Below are positions 1 through 10,114 of a DNA stretch of 64,000 bases, piece after piece (the stretch's first letter is position 1; each line of letters opens with the position of its first letter). Position numbers and translations under genes: made by a program. The notes beneath the pieces are model-generated. The model had not been told where the DNA came from, searched no databases, and saw nothing but the letters and a program-made list of their open reading frames with translations. The stretch comes from an uncultured delta proteobacterium. GTDB taxonomy: Bacteria > Desulfobacterota > Binatia > UBA9968. Location of the stretch: NCBI GenBank assembly GCA_963760795.1, contig CAVXEP010000015.1:32001-96000 (forward strand). Direction: 5' to 3'.

Positions 1-596
1 CCAAGGTCAGCGGCTTGTGCAAGATAGACGAGAACGCCGCACCGCCGACTCGGTCAAGATTTTTCAGACCGATATAGCCCAACGCCGCCGCGACTTTCCT
101 GGCGTAGTCGAGCTTCGCCGGGCTGCCTTCGGCCATGGAGCGGCTGGTGTCGACCAGCAGATAAATATTCATCTCCTCCTCGGCGGTGAAGACTTTTAAC
201 AGCAAGCGATCCAGACGCCGGTAAATATTCCAATCGATGTAACGCAAATCGTCGCCGCGCTGGTAGCGCCGGTAATCGGAAAACTCCAGGCTAAAGCCTT
301 TGCGCGACACCGCATGCTCGCCCTTCGCCCCTGCCCAGCTCAACCGCTTGGCGATCAGGTGGAGCCGTTCGAGCCGGCGTAGGAAATCGCGTGTCGAAGA
401 AAGTTTCGGGTTTTAAGTTTCGGGAATCGGGTTTGGCTGCACTCCAATCGGGAATCTGCTCTGCATGCGTGTCATTTCGAGCGAAGCGAGAAATCTTCGT
501 CCTGGCCATCACAGCGAGCTTCAACATCGCTGCGCTAACCCGCCGCCGTTCTGATTCGAAACTAGCAACCCGAAACTCGAAACTCATATCTGTCAC
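1..596 (-). CDS. DUF58 family protein (MoxR partner); runs off the window end; apparent +1 frameshift at ~392
   Basis: Manual translation gives DFLRRLERLHL..GEHAVSRKGFSLEFSDYRRYQRGDDLRYIDWNIYRRLDRLLLKVFTAEEEMNIYLLVDTSRSM, the DUF58 signature. It joins ORF 291..596 if one base is removed (ttc gac [a] cgc gat). The true start is uncertain. Confidence 0.85.
400..586. repeat. Composite palindromic element: inverted heptamer-repeat arms (CGAAACT-like) enclosing a REP-like sequence
   Basis: Arms aagtttcgggttttaagtttcggg (~401-425) and ttcgaaactagcaacccgaaactcgaaact (~555-585), with tgtcatttcgagcgaagcgagaaatct (~470-496) between them. Confidence 0.6.
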
Positions 597-1597
597 GCCA
601 CTTCCGCCACATGGGTGATCAATTCAGCCAAGATTTTTTCCGAACTGACGCCGTCGGCGTCGGCTTCCAAGTTGAGAATCAAGCGATGGCGCAAACTCGG
701 CAGCAACATGGCGCGAATGTCTTCGAAAGAGACATTGGGCCGGCCGGCGAACAGCGCCCGCGCCTTGGCAGCGAGAATGACGCTTTGTAAACCGCGCGGG
801 CTCGATCCATACATGACGTAGCGCTGGGCCAAAGATTCACCGCCGTTTTTCTCTTGTTGAGCGTGGGTGCTCATGATCAGGCGCACCGCGTAGTCCTTGA
901 CGACATCGGCGAGCGGCACTTCGCGCACCCACTGGCGCAATTGCAGAATCCCATCGGCGTCGAGTATTTCCCGCAGCGGCGCCGGCGGCGCTGCCGTGGT
1001 CAGATCGGCGATGCGGGTTAACTCCGTATGGCTGGGATACTGCAAAATCAATTTGAAAAAGAACCGGTCCACCTGCGCCTCGGGCAGCGGATAGGTGCCT
1101 TCCATCTCGATGGGGTTTTGCGTGGCCAAGACCATGAAAGGATTCTCCAAGAGGTGCAGCTTGCCGCCGACGGTGACGCCTTGCTCCTGCATCGCTTCGA
1201 GCAACGCCGACTGAGTTTTGGGCGTCGCCCGGTTGATCTCGTCGGCGAGCACCACATGGGCGAATACCGGACCGCGCTGAAACTCAAAAAGCTTTCGTCC
1301 CGACGGATCGTCGGTCAGCATGTTGGTGCCGGTGATATCCGCCGGCATGAGGTCGGGCGTAAACTGAATGCGCGAAAAACTCAAGCTCAGAATCTCGCCC
1401 AAGCTGCGCACCATCAGCGTCTTGCCCAGACCCGGCACGCCTTCGAGCAGGCAGTGGCCACCGCACACCAGCGCGACAAACACCTGCTCGATCAATTCCT
1501 CATGGCCGACGATGACCCGGGCAATCTCCGCCTTGACCTCGGCGAAAGTGCGCCGCGCACTGTCGATGCGTCGTTCGATATCCCCAAGCGATTCCAT
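593..1597 (-). CDS. moxR: MoxR family AAA+ ATPase
   Basis: Walker A GVPGLGKT, RIQFTPDLMPADITG, LADEINRATPKTQSALLEAMQE, ATQNPIEMEGTYPLPEAQVDRF. Confidence 0.95.
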   Translation of the reverse strand: MESLGDIERRIDSARRTFAEVKAEIARVIVGHEELIEQVFVALVCGGHCLLEGVPGLGKTLMVRSLGEILSLSFSRIQFTPDLMPADITGTNMLTDDPSGRKLFEFQRGPVFAHVVLADEINRATPKTQSALLEAMQEQGVTVGGKLHLLENPFMVLATQNPIEMEGTYPLPEAQVDRFFFKLILQYPSHTELTRIADLTTAAPPAPLREILDADGILQLRQWVREVPLADVVKDYAVRLIMSTHAQQEKNGGESLAQRYVMYGSSPRGLQSVILAAKARALFAGRPNVSFEDIRAMLLPSLRHRLILNLEADADGVSSEKILAELITHVAEVA

Positions 1598-1633
1598 GAA
1601 CGGCTCTCCTCAGCTGTGAATTGCACTGATGGT

Positions 1634-1700
1634 GTACTGGAGTGGTGCAGTCATCGATCCGAAAACAATACTCCTGTATTCCATAACTCCATTACTCGAT
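1634..1700. repeat. Degenerate octamer tandem-repeat hairpin between genes
   Basis: gtactgga gtggtgca ... aatactcc tgtattcc ataactcc attactcg. Confidence 0.5.
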
Positions 1701-1714
1701 TTCCACGCTCGCGC

Positions 1715-3130
1715 CTATCTTGTACCGTCCTCCAACGACAGAAAATATTTTCGCACCGTCTCTTTGAGCGCCGACGGCACCTTTTCCGAATTGAGTTCCT
1801 GCTCCGCCTGGCGCCGGTAGTTGGCGACTACTTCTTGCGGCGCGAGTTCGCTTTTCCCCGGTGTCGGCTTGCCTTTGAACACCACGCCGCTGCTCTCGCC
1901 ATCGCCCAACTGTCCTTGGATCTGAGAGCGCGTGTCGGCGCGAAACTGCGGCAGCGATCTGAGACTGTCGTCGTTTTTCCCCGGTTCTTTGCCGGGTAGG
2001 TTGCTGTGATTTTTTTCGCGCACGCCGTCGCCGGCTTCATCGCGCTCGCCGCGGCCGGCCATTTGCGCGGCCTGGTTATTCTCCTTGCCTTGGCCCTGCT
2101 GCATCATCTGTTCAAGAAACTTTTGCGCGTCGATGAGTGCGCGCCGGTCCAAGGCGCCGGTCACCTGTTGATCGAGACGGTCGAGCAGCGACTGCAACTC
2201 CTGCTGTCCCAGCCCCTTGCCGTCTTCGCGCTGTTGGCGCGCACGGTCGAGCTGTTTGCGCAGCTGCGGCATCGAAGCCAATCGGTCCATCCACTGCTGC
2301 GGCGCTTTGACGCCGTCGGGAAGGTTCAGCATGTCGCGCGCCGCCTCGAGCTCGGCTCTTAAATCCTTGAGACTTTGCTCGCTCTCGGCGCCGCCGACCG
2401 CTTGGTTTTGCTGCCCGGACTGGCCCGCCGCGTCGAGCTTTTGCTTCATGCCGGCCAAATCTTTCTTGAGCTGTTCGTCGTTGGCTTTCTCGGCGAGGTT
2501 TTTCTCCGCGACCTTTGCCAACTCTTGAGCGAGCTGCAAACTTTCGCGCAGCCCTTCGGCTTTAGCTTTTTCTTGAAAGTCGCGGGCGAACTCGCGCAGC
2601 TGCTGCGCCAAGCTTTGCGCCACAGCCGACGGCTGCTGAGAGAACGGCTGATCGAAGTCAAACCACAGCAGCGCGAACCAGACCAGCAACAGCGGCACAG
2701 CGGTATAAGCCGGCCAGCCTAACCGCCGCGGGAACAGGCTGCGCGGTTGCACCGAGCGCAAGCGGTGTTCGGTTTGTTGGAAAACCAGCTGCGCCGCGGC
2801 GCTCCGGTCGCCGCGCCCAGCCAGCTCCCACGCCGTCACCGCGCGCTCGTCCAAGCCGAGCTTGCGGTCTAGTTCGACCAGTGCCCGGGTCGCATCGATC
2901 CCGCGCCAGCGCCGGTAATAGAAAAACAGCGGGGCTAATCCAGTCAGCAACACAAAGGGAACAATCCAGCGCAGCCCGCGCAATGGTAAAAAAATATGCA
3001 GCGGTGACAACAGAACCGCCAAGCCCAGGGCGACGCCAGCCGCGAGGAAGAGTATCTGCTCGCGCCGCTTTTGCCGTTCCCAGCGCAACAGCTCGGCGAA
3101 TTTTCGCTCAACTAAAGTCGCATCCGCCAT
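1715..3130 (-). CDS. Membrane-anchored coiled-coil protein of the MoxR/DUF58 operon
   Basis: Three N-terminal TM segments with LDRKLGLDERAVTAWE, a long Q/E/K-rich helical region and a C-terminal VP..LKETVRKYF motif. The ATG at 3130 overlaps the upstream stop. Confidence 0.75.
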   Translation of the reverse strand: MADATLVERKFAELLRWERQKRREQILFLAAGVALGLAVLLSPLHIFLPLRGLRWIVPFVLLTGLAPLFFYYRRWRGIDATRALVELDRKLGLDERAVTAWELAGRGDRSAAAQLVFQQTEHRLRSVQPRSLFPRRLGWPAYTAVPLLLVWFALLWFDFDQPFSQQPSAVAQSLAQQLREFARDFQEKAKAEGLRESLQLAQELAKVAEKNLAEKANDEQLKKDLAGMKQKLDAAGQSGQQNQAVGGAESEQSLKDLRAELEAARDMLNLPDGVKAPQQWMDRLASMPQLRKQLDRARQQREDGKGLGQQELQSLLDRLDQQVTGALDRRALIDAQKFLEQMMQQGQGKENNQAAQMAGRGERDEAGDGVREKNHSNLPGKEPGKNDDSLRSLPQFRADTRSQIQGQLGDGESSGVVFKGKPTPGKSELAPQEVVANYRRQAEQELNSEKVPSALKETVRKYFLSLEDGTR

Positions 3131-3876
3131 CACCCGGCCAGTTCCTTTCTCAGCGCCCAACGGTGCAGCCGATAACCCGCGCCTCCGAGGAGCAGATGAA
3201 AGCCGAAATGAACCCAGCTCGCCGGCAACTGCCAGCCGAAAATCGCCAAGGGCGCCAACTCTTGGCGGCCGAGAAAGGCGACGAGAAACATTACCGGATT
3301 AATCGTGCCATAAAACAACGCGGTTATAATGACCAAGACTGCGAACAGGCAACGAACGAACACCTGGCGGTTCTCCAGCCGCCGCTCCCACAGTGCTAGA
3401 GCCACCAGGCCCCAAACACCATAGCTGAGGGCGTAGAACAAGAGCAGCAGCATGGTGCCGGCGATGCTGGCGAGCGGCGTGCGCGCGATCGCGCCGGCCC
3501 AGGCTAACAACGGCACAAGCAGCAGCACCGAGATAATCACATGGGTGATGAGAAAGTCCCGTTGGCCGCGACCGATCGCTTCAACCGATTGTCCCTCGTC
3601 GCGAATCCATAGACGCAGCGGTTTGAAGCGCCAGGGCGCGAACTCCTGATTGGCCACGCGCAGGGCAAAATAAATCAGCAGAAACTGCGCCGTCACGGCG
3701 CAGACTTTGAACAAGCTCGCCGAGCCGCTCCACATCTGCGCGTCGAGGGACGGAATGTACAACGAGAAAAACTCCACCGGCGCGAGGATGATGAGAAGAT
3801 AAAAATAGACCTGGAAACCATGCCCCTCGGCGAAGTAAATCGCGACGCTCTCGCGCCAGATTGGATTACGGGTCAT
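3130..3876 (-). CDS. Polytopic membrane protein, ABC-2 permease-like
   Basis: About 6 TM helices and an N-terminal NPIWRE motif; translationally coupled on both sides. Confidence 0.6.
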   Translation of the reverse strand: MTRNPIWRESVAIYFAEGHGFQVYFYLLIILAPVEFFSLYIPSLDAQMWSGSASLFKVCAVTAQFLLIYFALRVANQEFAPWRFKPLRLWIRDEGQSVEAIGRGQRDFLITHVIISVLLLVPLLAWAGAIARTPLASIAGTMLLLLFYALSYGVWGLVALALWERRLENRQVFVRCLFAVLVIITALFYGTINPVMFLVAFLGRQELAPLAIFGWQLPASWVHFGFHLLLGGAGYRLHRWALRKELAG

Positions 3877-5897
3877 TCTTCCTCCCCGCGCGAAAGCGGG
3901 ATGATGGCGCGAAACAGCGCGTAGTCCTGGACTTGAATGCGCGGGTCATTGACCTGCACCCGCGGCGCCGGATCTTTTACCCAAGCGAAGAACACCGCCG
4001 CGCCGCTGCTCCAGCGGCTATCGCCGTCGCGCGGAAAAAACGACGAATGAAACAAAATGTCGCGGGTCTTGTTGGCAAAACTCACTTCGCGCAAGTTGAC
4101 ACTCTCCGCGCGGCCCGCCGCGCCGTTACTGCCCGCCGGCGGCGCCAAAGAAAATTCTTTGTCCAACCCCGCGCCGCGGCGGATCTCGCCCAACGGGTGG
4201 CGCTGCCCCGGCAAGAGTAGCGTGCAGTCGAGCAAATCCTTGCCGCTCTGGTTGTCGATTTTCATGGTCAACTTATCGCCTTGAACGTTGAACTCCGCGC
4301 GCAATCGGAAGCTGTCGACGTAGCGCAGGCGAAACAAGCGGTAGTCCCACTCGCGCAACGGTATTTGGAAGCGGCTCACGCCGCCGCCCTCTTGGCTCAA
4401 GACCGCCGCTTCCTGCGGCCCGCGCGGCCGGTTCGAGAGCGGCGTAAACTCCATCCAGCCACGTTCCATTTGCAGGTTATACTGGCGCGGCTGGGTGGAA
4501 AACAACGCCAGATTAGCCTGGGCGTCGAGGAAGCCGTCGGCGCCGCTCTCCAACACCGTCGACGACAACAAGACACCGTCCGGGATATGACCGCCGCGGC
4601 TAAAATAAACATAGCCCGCGGCGCTACCCACCGTCACCAACAAGAGCAGGGAAATCATTGCCTGCATCGTCGCCAACCGGCCGCGCTGCCATACCCAGCT
4701 GAGCAATCCGATCGCCAGGAGATAAACCACGATGACGAGAAACAGCGAACCATAGGGCACATAGGTCGAAATGAACGTTGGGCTAGTGATCAGCTGCGTA
4801 AAGATCGTGTCATTCCACTCCGCCCGCGCCACCGGCTCCTCGACAGCGCCCGCAGCCAGTAAAGTTTGCAAATATTTCGCCAAGCCCGGCCACTGCGACA
4901 ACGGCGGCCGGCCGATATCGAGTGACAGATAGATAATCTTACCGCGGCCGCGTGCTGCTTCGACCAGCACCGGCACGCCCTGGGACTGCGCCAGCACTTG
5001 GCCCTTGAGTGGCGCCGACACCTGCGCCCAAACATCGGCGATGGTCACGACTTTCTCGTCTTTGCCATGGGCGGGTGTGAAGGCGATGCGCCGGGTGCCG
5101 CTGACCCGCACCGGCAGGAAGCGGCCGATCACCGGCTCCTGGTAGAGCGCATAGTTGAGACTGCCGATGATGACCATCCTGCCGCCCGCGCTAAGCCAGG
5201 TGTCGAGGGCGAGCAACTGCGGCCGCGACAGATCGCGCAGCGATTGATCGTAGAGAATCACATGGGACACGCCGAGCAGCGCCCGCGCATCGGCGGCGAG
5301 TTCGCTTAGGGAAAGCGCAACTAGCCGGCTCTGCGCCGTCGGCCCGAGAGCGATGGGCGGCAGCGAGCCGCTATCGTTGACCAACAACAGCACCGGCGCC
5401 GGCGAAAAATTGCGGCGTAGATCGATCTCGCGCGCCGCACTAACACTAGCGCTGGAAAATGAAATGGTCAGCGGCCGGCTGATGAAATCCGGATCGACGG
5501 TAAATTGAAGCGTCTTGCGCGACTGCGCGGCGAGAAACACTTCGCGCCGGTACTTGACTGGATAAGGAGTGCCGCCCTTAGTCGCGCCGCCCTTCCAGAC
5601 CTGCACGTCAATTGTGCCTTCAGCCGGGCGGCCGGAGTTGCTGAGCTCGACTTCTAACGGAAAGGGCCGTCCCAGTTGAAACACGCCGTGGAAGCCGACC
5701 CGCGCGTCGATGGCAATTTCCGCACCGGCCGGAACCGCCATTAGCGCTAAACACAGCAAGACGAAAATCGCCGGCGCTGCGCTAGACCATGCGCCGCGCA
5801 GAATCCGCTCTTGGAAAAAAAGCAGGAGGGAAAGCCACGCGGTGGAACACCGCGGTGAAATTCTATTCGGAGCAGCCTGTGCGGCTGAAAAGGGCAT
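3873..5897 (-). CDS. Exported/membrane hypothetical protein with a class I glutamine-amidotransferase-like middle domain
   Basis: Signal-like segment, Ig-like region (PLEVELSNSG), LDTWLSAGGRMVIIG..FLPV and GRGKIIYL motifs, two TM helices and a C-terminal soluble domain. The start is uncertain. Confidence 0.6.
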   Translation of the reverse strand: MPFSAAQAAPNRISPRCSTAWLSLLLFFQERILRGAWSSAAPAIFVLLCLALMAVPAGAEIAIDARVGFHGVFQLGRPFPLEVELSNSGRPAEGTIDVQVWKGGATKGGTPYPVKYRREVFLAAQSRKTLQFTVDPDFISRPLTISFSSASVSAAREIDLRRNFSPAPVLLLVNDSGSLPPIALGPTAQSRLVALSLSELAADARALLGVSHVILYDQSLRDLSRPQLLALDTWLSAGGRMVIIGSLNYALYQEPVIGRFLPVRVSGTRRIAFTPAHGKDEKVVTIADVWAQVSAPLKGQVLAQSQGVPVLVEAARGRGKIIYLSLDIGRPPLSQWPGLAKYLQTLLAAGAVEEPVARAEWNDTIFTQLITSPTFISTYVPYGSLFLVIVVYLLAIGLLSWVWQRGRLATMQAMISLLLLVTVGSAAGYVYFSRGGHIPDGVLLSSTVLESGADGFLDAQANLALFSTQPRQYNLQMERGWMEFTPLSNRPRGPQEAAVLSQEGGGVSRFQIPLREWDYRLFRLRYVDSFRLRAEFNVQGDKLTMKIDNQSGKDLLDCTLLLPGQRHPLGEIRRGAGLDKEFSLAPPAGSNGAAGRAESVNLREVSFANKTRDILFHSSFFPRDGDSRWSSGAAVFFAWVKDPAPRVQVNDPRIQVQDYALFRAIIPLSRGEEE

Positions 5898-5938
5898 CGT
5901 TCCCTTCCAGGCAGGCCCGCCCCACCGCCACCGGCGAT

Positions 5939-6421
5939 CTAGATGATAAATTCGACGCCGAGAATATCGAACCTGCGAACGCCCGTGGGAGTGCGGACCT
6001 GAACTTCGTCCCCCTCGCTCTTGCCGATCAAAGCGCGCGCGATGGGAGAACTTACCGAGATCTTACCGTTCTTCGGCTCCGCCTCGTGATCGCCGACGAT
6101 TTTGTATACCACCTTGTCCCCGGTATCGCTATCCGCCAAACTGACCGTCGCGCCGAAGAGAACTTTATCCCCGGACAATTTAGAAACATCGATGACCTGG
6201 GCGCGGGCGATCTTATCTTCCATCTCGCGAATCTGGAAATCGAGCAAGGACTGGCGCTCCTTGGCGGCGTGAAACTCGGCGTTTTCCGAGAGATCGCCGT
6301 GATCGCGCGCCTCCTCGATGTCACGGATGTTCTTCGGCCGCTCGACGCTCTTCAGGCGCTTGAGCTCCTCCATCAAAAACTGGAACCCCTTGCTGGTCAT
6401 CGGGACGCTTGCATCTGCCAT
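5939..6421 (-). CDS. greA: Transcription elongation factor GreA
   Basis: EARDHGDLSENAEFHAAKERQ and ISVSSPIARALIGK; AGGAG ribosome-binding site upstream. Confidence 0.97.
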   Translation of the reverse strand: MADASVPMTSKGFQFLMEELKRLKSVERPKNIRDIEEARDHGDLSENAEFHAAKERQSLLDFQIREMEDKIARAQVIDVSKLSGDKVLFGATVSLADSDTGDKVVYKIVGDHEAEPKNGKISVSSPIARALIGKSEGDEVQVRTPTGVRRFDILGVEFII

Positions 6422-6437
6422 ACCGTCAACTCCTAGA

Positions 6438-6474
6438 CAAAATAAAAACCCCTCGGAATCTCTCCCGAGAGGCC
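6438..6474 (-). terminator. Intrinsic terminator-like hairpin in the greA leader
   Basis: Minus strand GGCCTCTCGGGA-GAGAT-TCCGAGGGGTT followed by TTTATTTT, just before the greA RBS. Confidence 0.6.
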
Positions 6475-6519
6475 TTGAATAAAATCTTAGATTTTCCCCA
6501 GCTGCTAAATCTGCAAGCT

Positions 6520-6547
6520 ATTTTACCATCGACGACGGCTAAATCAA
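6520..6547 (-). promoter_or_regulatory. Putative sigma70 promoter of greA
   Basis: TTGATT-16 bp-TAAAAT with an extended -10 TG. Confidence 0.55.
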
Positions 6548-6577
6548 CCGGCCTTATTGTCAGTCCACAGCCACCAG

Positions 6578-9500
6578 CTATTTTACCGTAAACGCGCGGC
6601 TGCGAGCGTTATTGCCTTCGTCGGATTCGACGACATTGGCATCGCCATCGGCCAGACCAATCACGAAGTAGCGGCCCGGCGCAGTTGCCAGTGGAATCGT
6701 CACGGTGGTTGACGCCGCGCTTGTGGCACGCGCTCCCAGCGCCGGCACCACGCGGCTACCGAGCAGGACATCGCCGCCGTCAAATAGCTTGTCCGTCGAC
6801 AGATAAAACTTCGTGGTGCTGGCGCCACCATCGACCAGGTCGTCGTTTCGAGTGGTATCTTGAATCGCCAGGTTTGCTCCCGCGATTACGGAAGCGGGAC
6901 TGCGCAGCGAGGAAACGCTGAGATCCGGTCGCGTTACTGTTATCCTGCGGCTTCTTAGGTTGCGCTCGTTGGTTTCCACAACCGCCGTGTCATCGTCGGC
7001 CGCGGCGATGATAAAATACCTGCCCAGCGCCGTGCCTCCCGGTATCGTGACTGAGGTTACCGCTGTGCTGCTCTGTTTCATCGCCAACGCAGGCACCACC
7101 CTGGTATTGAGACTAGTGTCGCCGGCGTCCTTTTTACCATCGCTGGAGAGATAAAACCGCGTGACCGTGGCACTGGTGGCGTCAACCGAGCCTGAATTCT
7201 GAGTGGTATCCTGTATATCGATCGTCGCACCCGGTAATACCGCCGATGGCGCGGTCAATGCTCGCACCGTCAGATTAGCAAAGGTCGCAACCGTCAGTTC
7301 CTCGTCGCGGTTGTTCCTTGTGTTAATCTCGCCGTCGTCGGCATCCACAGTAACGACATTGCTCAACGTTCCCTTGGCCGTAGTCATGCCCACGACGACT
7401 ACCGTCCCGCTAGCTCCGTCCGCCAGGTTACCCAGAGCACAGGTAACCGTAGTCGTCCCGTTACAGGTCCCACTGCTGGGAGTCGCGGAAACCAACGTCA
7501 CGGTTGCCGGCAATAGGTCGGTCAACACCACATTGGCCGCGCTATCCGGCCCGTTGTTGGTGACCGTCACCGTATAGGTGACATTATCGCCGACTCTGAC
7601 TGGGTCGGGGGAGTCCACCTGGGTGAGCTGGAGATCGTGGCAAACCGTCACGCAGATTTTTATCACGAAAGCATCGACTCCGCCGTTTCGACTATTATCA
7701 ATGGTCGCCAGTGAATTGATTACAACATCGGCGGGGAAAGAGACAGAATTCGCGTCGGTCTCCCCGGTGATGTAAATATCGCCGTTGTCGTCGACGGCGA
7801 TGCCTTTGCCGCGATCGATACCAGCGCCGCCAATGTAACTAGCGTAGAGCAAAGCCGTTCCGGCCGCGTCCACTCCTGCGACAAAGACGTCGATAACGCC
7901 GTTGTGCGTATTGTCACTGGACGCAAGCGAACCGAAACCGTTGCCATTGGGAAACGTGACTTGGTTGGAATCGGTCTCACCGACGACATGGGCGATGCCG
8001 GCTGCAGTCCACGGCAACGCCGTTGGCCCGATCGGTTCCGCTTCCACCGACGTAACCCGCGTAAACGAGCGCCGTGCCGGAGGCGTTTACCTTCGCGACA
8101 AAGCCATCAATGCCGCCATTATGAGTTAAATCCGGACCGACGGTCACGGGAAACGACGCTTCGGTCGAATTGGTTTCACCGGTAACATAAGCCTCGCAGT
8201 TGAGCGCACACCCTGGCAGGATGGCGATACCTTTACCTTGATCATCACCGACACCGCCAAGAAAGCCTGCATAAACCAACGCCGTACCGGTCGGATTAAC
8301 TTTTGCCACAAACGCATCGACGCCACCATTCTGCACGTCATCGAGAGCTCCGGTGACCGGAAAGGTCGCTGCGCTGGAATTGGTATCGCCGGTTAGATAG
8401 GCCGCGGCCGCGCCATCCACAGCGATTCCGAAGACTTGATCGGCGCCGGATCCACCGATGTAACTGGCGTATTCCAGTGCTGTACCATTGGCCGCCACCC
8501 TGACAACAAAGCCATCGAGTATGCCGCTTTCGGTGCTATCGAAGGACGCCAGCACGCCAAAACCATCCCCGTCCGGGAACGAGGTACCCAGGGAGTTTGT
8601 CGCCCCGGCGACATAAGCCCGGTTCGAACTATCCACCGCGATGGCGTTGCCCTGATCGCTGCCGCTACCACCTATAAAGCCGGCGTAGGACAACGCGGTG
8701 CCGGAGGCATTCACCTTGGCGACAAACGCATCCGTCCCGCCATTCTGTGTTAGGTCAGGGCCAACGGTCACAGGGAAACTGCTCTGGGTGGAGGTCGTAT
8801 CGCCGGCGATGTAGGCATTCCCCACGCTATCCACGGCGATGGCTTTGCCCCGGTCGTTACCTGTGCCGCCGAGAAATCCCGCGTAGATCAGGGCCGTCCC
8901 CGCGGCGTTCACCTTGGCGACAAAAGCGTCCACCGTGCCGTTGAAGCTTTGGTCCGGACCCGTGACCTCGGGAAATGACGATTCGAGCGAATTGGTTTCG
9001 CCAGTGATGTAAGCATTGCCGTCACTGTCCACGGCAATCGCGTTACCGCGATCGTCGCCGCTGCCGCCAATAAATCCCGAGTAGACAAGTATCGCCGGAT
9101 CGATGATTAAGGGAATCGAGCGATCGTAGTCGGTGAGCTTAAAACCATACTGGTGCGATTCGCCAGCCGCGCTCGATTGCAATTCGTACGCGACGTCAAC
9201 ATCGGCAAGTTCCGAACTCCGCTCCTGGTACGCTGTCGGTTTGTCGTCATTGAGATCGCCCAAGGGCGTGCGCACGGTCAATTGACCGGCGCGGTTTATC
9301 GCGACGGAATCGGCGCCTCGGTAGCGCAGTTTGATGGCTGAGGGATCCGCCCCCGGCTTCACAACGAAGAGATATTTCAGCTGGTTGGCGACGCCGGTGA
9401 AAACCAGATCGATGCCGGGCCACAAATCGGCGTAGACCAACCGCGTAAAAGTTCTCACAGCCGGCTGCCATTCCTCCGGACGGCCCTTGAAATAACTGAT

Positions 9501-9953
9501 CAGCGCCGTCGACGGATTTTCGCCGTTGGGCCGGATTGCGGGATTGGCATCGACAAAATCGAGCTGCAGCGTCCAACGCGCCGTGGCAACGGGAGCAAGA
9601 TTATCGCTGGCACTGACAACCACGGGAACTGGTGACACGGCAGCTTGCTGCCGCTGACTGTGCAGAACTACGGTCAACCCGCCGGCCGTGAAATAAATGA
9701 CTTTGTCGCGTCCGTGAACATAGTACGCCGCCCGCCGATCGAGCTGACCTCGATTCTCAATAAAATAAAGCGGCAGATTGGCCACCAGTCGTTGAGCCAT
9801 CGTGGTTTTAGACAACCTCGTGGCCGCGGCAGCAGGTTCCGGCGTGGCCGCGCTGGCCGGCACCGCACTGCCAGGAAAAGCTATTGCCGAGAGGAGAAAG
9901 ACTCTTGTCAGCCCAGACCACTGTCTGAGATAACGCAAACTTGAGATCGCCAT
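6578..9953 (-). CDS. Large secreted surface protein: SBBP beta-propeller repeats + DUF11 + two CARDB-like Ig domains; +1 frameshift at ~8006
   Basis: ORFs 7977..10076 and 6578..8047 join as AVD[t]AAGIAHVVGET. Repeats GGSGxDxGxxIAVDxxGxAYxxGxT..DAFVAKVN; DUF11 DSPDPVRVGDNVTYTVTVTNNGP; two xxTRFYLSxD..G.Y.IIA.AD....V.E..E.N domains. ATG 9953 has GGAGG. Confidence 0.88.
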
Positions 9954-10114
9954 AGCGTCAGACCCTCCAGCAATCTTCTCACCTACGCGCCACTGCTGGA
10001 CCCCGGCGACAGCAGCGATCAAAGCACCTATGCATCGGCTGTCGGTTCCCCGGCTGTGGTAAAAAAATGTCGGCAACCGAAACTTTTTCGAACACGAAAT
10101 AGCAGTGAAATGAC

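Noticed and set aside
1028-1999. Long antisense ORFs (1028..1999, also 10142..10927, 11207..12163, 28905..30209, 39661..40671)
   Set aside because: They are shadows of well-supported genes on the opposite strand in high-GC DNA and carry no motifs of their own.
9968-9985. GG-N10-GC upstream of the surface-protein gene
   Set aside because: Too close to the RBS to leave the SD sequence in the transcript, and it lacks the TGGC context.
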